Of a stretch of 32,000 nucleotides of DNA, positions 30,349-32,000 are shown in pieces. Each line of letters opens with the position of its first letter. Within the stretch, counting starts at the first letter, position 1. The notes beneath the pieces were generated by a model that saw nothing but the letters and a program-made list of their open reading frames with translations, was not told where the DNA came from and searched no databases. Origin of the DNA: Candidatus Saccharimonadota bacterium (lineage in GTDB: Bacteria; Patescibacteriota; Gracilibacteria; UBA4473). The translations under genes were made by a program, and so were the position numbers. The stretch is taken from NCBI GenBank assembly GCA_020632335.1, contig JACKFV010000001.1:30001-62000 (forward strand), read 5' to 3'.

Positions 30349-32000
30349 ATGCTGCAGCAACGGCGTCGCCCTCGCAAGATAGTAGAGCCAGAAGTCTATG
30401 ACTTTGATACCCCTTCCCGCAGGGGCTGGACGCGTATCTTTACGCTGCGGTTCTGGTGGTGGGTGGCCACACGGATTGGCCTGCCGCTCCTCGTCATCTT
30501 CCTCGTGGGCAGCTACCTCTACGCACAGTACGGCCTGCCGAGCATCGAAGAAACCGAGGAGTTTCTCTTCCCGCAGGCGTCGGTTATCTACGCGCGCCAG
30601 GCACTGGAGGAGCCCGAAAAGAAGGATCAGTACGCGCTGTACCGGCTGCACGGGGGCGAGAACCGCGCCTATGTGCCGCTGAGCGAGATCTCTCAACATA
30701 TGATAGACGCCACCCTGGCGGCGGAGGACGACCAGTTTTTCTCGCATCATGGGGTAGATTTCCCCGCGCTGATCAAGGCAGTGGCGGCGCAACTGGGCAT
30801 CGGGCCACCACGGGGCGGCTCTACCATCACCCAGCAGCTGATGAAAAATGTCTTCCTCGACTCCCGCCAGCAGCTCACACGGAAGTACAAAGAGGCGCTC
30901 CTGGCCTTCAAGACCGAGGCCTACTACACCAAGGAGCAGATCCTCGAGCTCTACCTCAATAAGATTTTTATGGGTTCTAATGCCTATGGGGTAGAGGCCG
31001 CTGCGCAGACCTTCTTTGCCAAGAAGGCCGCCGACCTCAGCATCTGTGAGAGTAGTGTGCTGGCCGCACTGCTCAAGCTCCCCACGCGTCTGAACCCCTA
31101 CGGTCCGGGGGTCGGGGAGCTCATGGGCGTCTACGAGACCGATGAGGAGGGCAACCCCACAGGCGCCTTCACCCCTGGGCGGAAGGATATGGTGCTGCGG
31201 CGTATGCTCGAGGAGGGCTTCATCACCCAGGCCGAGCACGACCAGGCCGTGGAGGAATGCCGTACGCTGGAGTTCCAGCAGACCAAGAGCGACATCCGCG
31301 CGGCGCATTTTGTCTTCCTCGTGCAGCAGCAGGTGGCCGAGAAATACGGTGAAGACATCCTCACCGCGGGGGGGCTGCAGATCTACACCACGCTCGACTG
31401 GGACCTCCAGCAGATCGCCGAGGATACCATCGCTGAGAAAACCACCGACTACAAAACCAAGTACAACGCTAGCAATGCAGCGCTGGCTACCATCAACCCC
31501 GAGAATGGGGAGATCCTGGCCTATGTGGGGGGGCGAGATTACTTCGACGATGAGGCCGACGGCAAGGTGGACGTGCTGCAGAGCAAACGCCAGCCGGGGA
31601 GTAGCTTCAAGCCGCTGGTCTATGCTACTGCCTTCACAGAGGCCGGGCTGGGAGCGGGTACGGTGCTCTGGGACGTCCCCACGGACTTCGGCGCGGGGTA
31701 TACTCCCCAGAACTTCTCGGGGAACTTTACCGGCCCGGTGACGGTACGCCGCGCGCTGAATGAGTCGCTGAACATCCCCGCCATCAAGGCCGCTACCCTC
31801 GCCGGCCCGGAGAACATCCTACAGATGGCCACCACGCTGGGCATCGACTATGCCGGAGACGCGGACATCCACGGTGTGGCACTAGGGGTAGGGGTAGCGG
31901 AGGTGAATATCCTCGGGCATATTAATAGCTTTTCGGCCTTTGCGGGTGATGGTAGCTGGTACACCCCCAGCAGCCTGCTGGAGATACACGATAGCGACGA
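30349..32000 (+). CDS. Class A penicillin-binding protein (GT51 transglycosylase plus transpeptidase), 3' end beyond the window
   Basis: Frame-1 hand translation from ATG 30349 is open to the window end, so it is not in the track. MLQQRRRPRK.., a TM helix (WWWVATRIGLPLLVIFLVGSYL), GT51 motifs (AAEDDQFFSHHGVD, RGGSTITQQLMKN, RKYKEALLAFK..YTKEQILELYLN) and the transpeptidase SxxK (QPGSSFKPLVYA). Track ORFs 30271..31308(-) and 31142..31741(+) are off-frame shadows. Confidence 0.9.
   Translation, partial: MLQQRRRPRKIVEPEVYDFDTPSRRGWTRIFTLRFWWWVATRIGLPLLVIFLVGSYLYAQYGLPSIEETEEFLFPQASVIYARQALEEPEKKDQYALYRLHGGENRAYVPLSEISQHMIDATLAAEDDQFFSHHGVDFPALIKAVAAQLGIGPPRGGSTITQQLMKNVFLDSRQQLTRKYKEALLAFKTEAYYTKEQILELYLNKIFMGSNAYGVEAAAQTFFAKKAADLSICESSVLAALLKLPTRLNPYGPGVGELMGVYETDEEGNPTGAFTPGRKDMVLRRMLEEGFITQAEHDQAVEECRTLEFQQTKSDIRAAHFVFLVQQQVAEKYGEDILTAGGLQIYTTLDWDLQQIAEDTIAEKTTDYKTKYNASNAALATINPENGEILAYVGGRDYFDDEADGKVDVLQSKRQPGSSFKPLVYATAFTEAGLGAGTVLWDVPTDFGAGYTPQNFSGNFTGPVTVRRALNESLNIPAIKAATLAGPENILQMATTLGIDYAGDADIHGVALGVGVAEVNILGHINSFSAFAGDGSWYTPSSLLEIHDSD

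Noticed and set aside
1-32000. Hypothesis that the scarcity of TGA stops means TGA is reassigned (code 4 or code 25).
   Set aside because: All homology-supported genes are full length under the standard code, with no in-frame TGA interruptions. Reading through the ruvA TGA would add a long non-homologous tail out of register with yidD. TGA is therefore rare but apparently still a stop. This needs genome-wide confirmation.
1-32000. Search for CRISPR arrays, transposases, integrases, toxin-antitoxin pairs, restriction-modification or other defence modules, rRNA genes and riboswitch-length leaders.
   Set aside because: By eye there are no regularly spaced direct repeats and no ORF with integrase, transposase, nuclease or methylase motifs. 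Apart from 21978..22313, the intergenic regions are at most ~150 nt and are occupied by promoters and terminators.

Overview
High-GC (about 60% by eye, not computed), very gene-dense bacterial chromosomal segment with about 30 protein genes and 2 tRNAs, mostly housekeeping. Cell wall: murB 5' fragment, mraY, class A PBP fragment, VanW. Translation: infC-rpmI-rplT, fmt, pheT, an ABC-F ATPase, tRNA-Gly(GCC), tRNA-Leu(UAG). DNA metabolism: holA, recG, ruvA, ftsK. Also two Nudix hydrolases, ppa, a cyclophilin lipoprotein, a prepilin peptidase and yidD. Interleaved are orphan envelope proteins: a 720-aa secreted protein, two SLH-anchored proteins flanking recG, three lipoproteins, an FN3/coiled-coil protein and a two-gene membrane module. 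I found no CRISPR array, transposase, integrase or recognisable defence or toxin system, so I cannot support a claim of a novel multi-gene system. The strongest signals are architectural. (1) A -35/-10 promoter recurs with the -10 ending only 5-7 nt before the ATG of at least 14 genes, implying leaderless, largely per-gene transcription. (2) TAG is the stop codon of 18 of 27 complete genes. (3) All three convergent gene pairs overlap their stops in the palindrome CTAG. (4) A 336-nt AT-rich island abuts the 3' end of tRNA-Leu and carries a small atypical ORF, a perfect -35 box and a 14-bp palindrome. (5) A LexA/CI-like HTH-S24 protein appears to lack the Ser/Lys catalytic dyad. The taxon cannot be determined from this window. 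The reduced domain architectures and tight packing suggest a small-genome lineage, but that is inference only.
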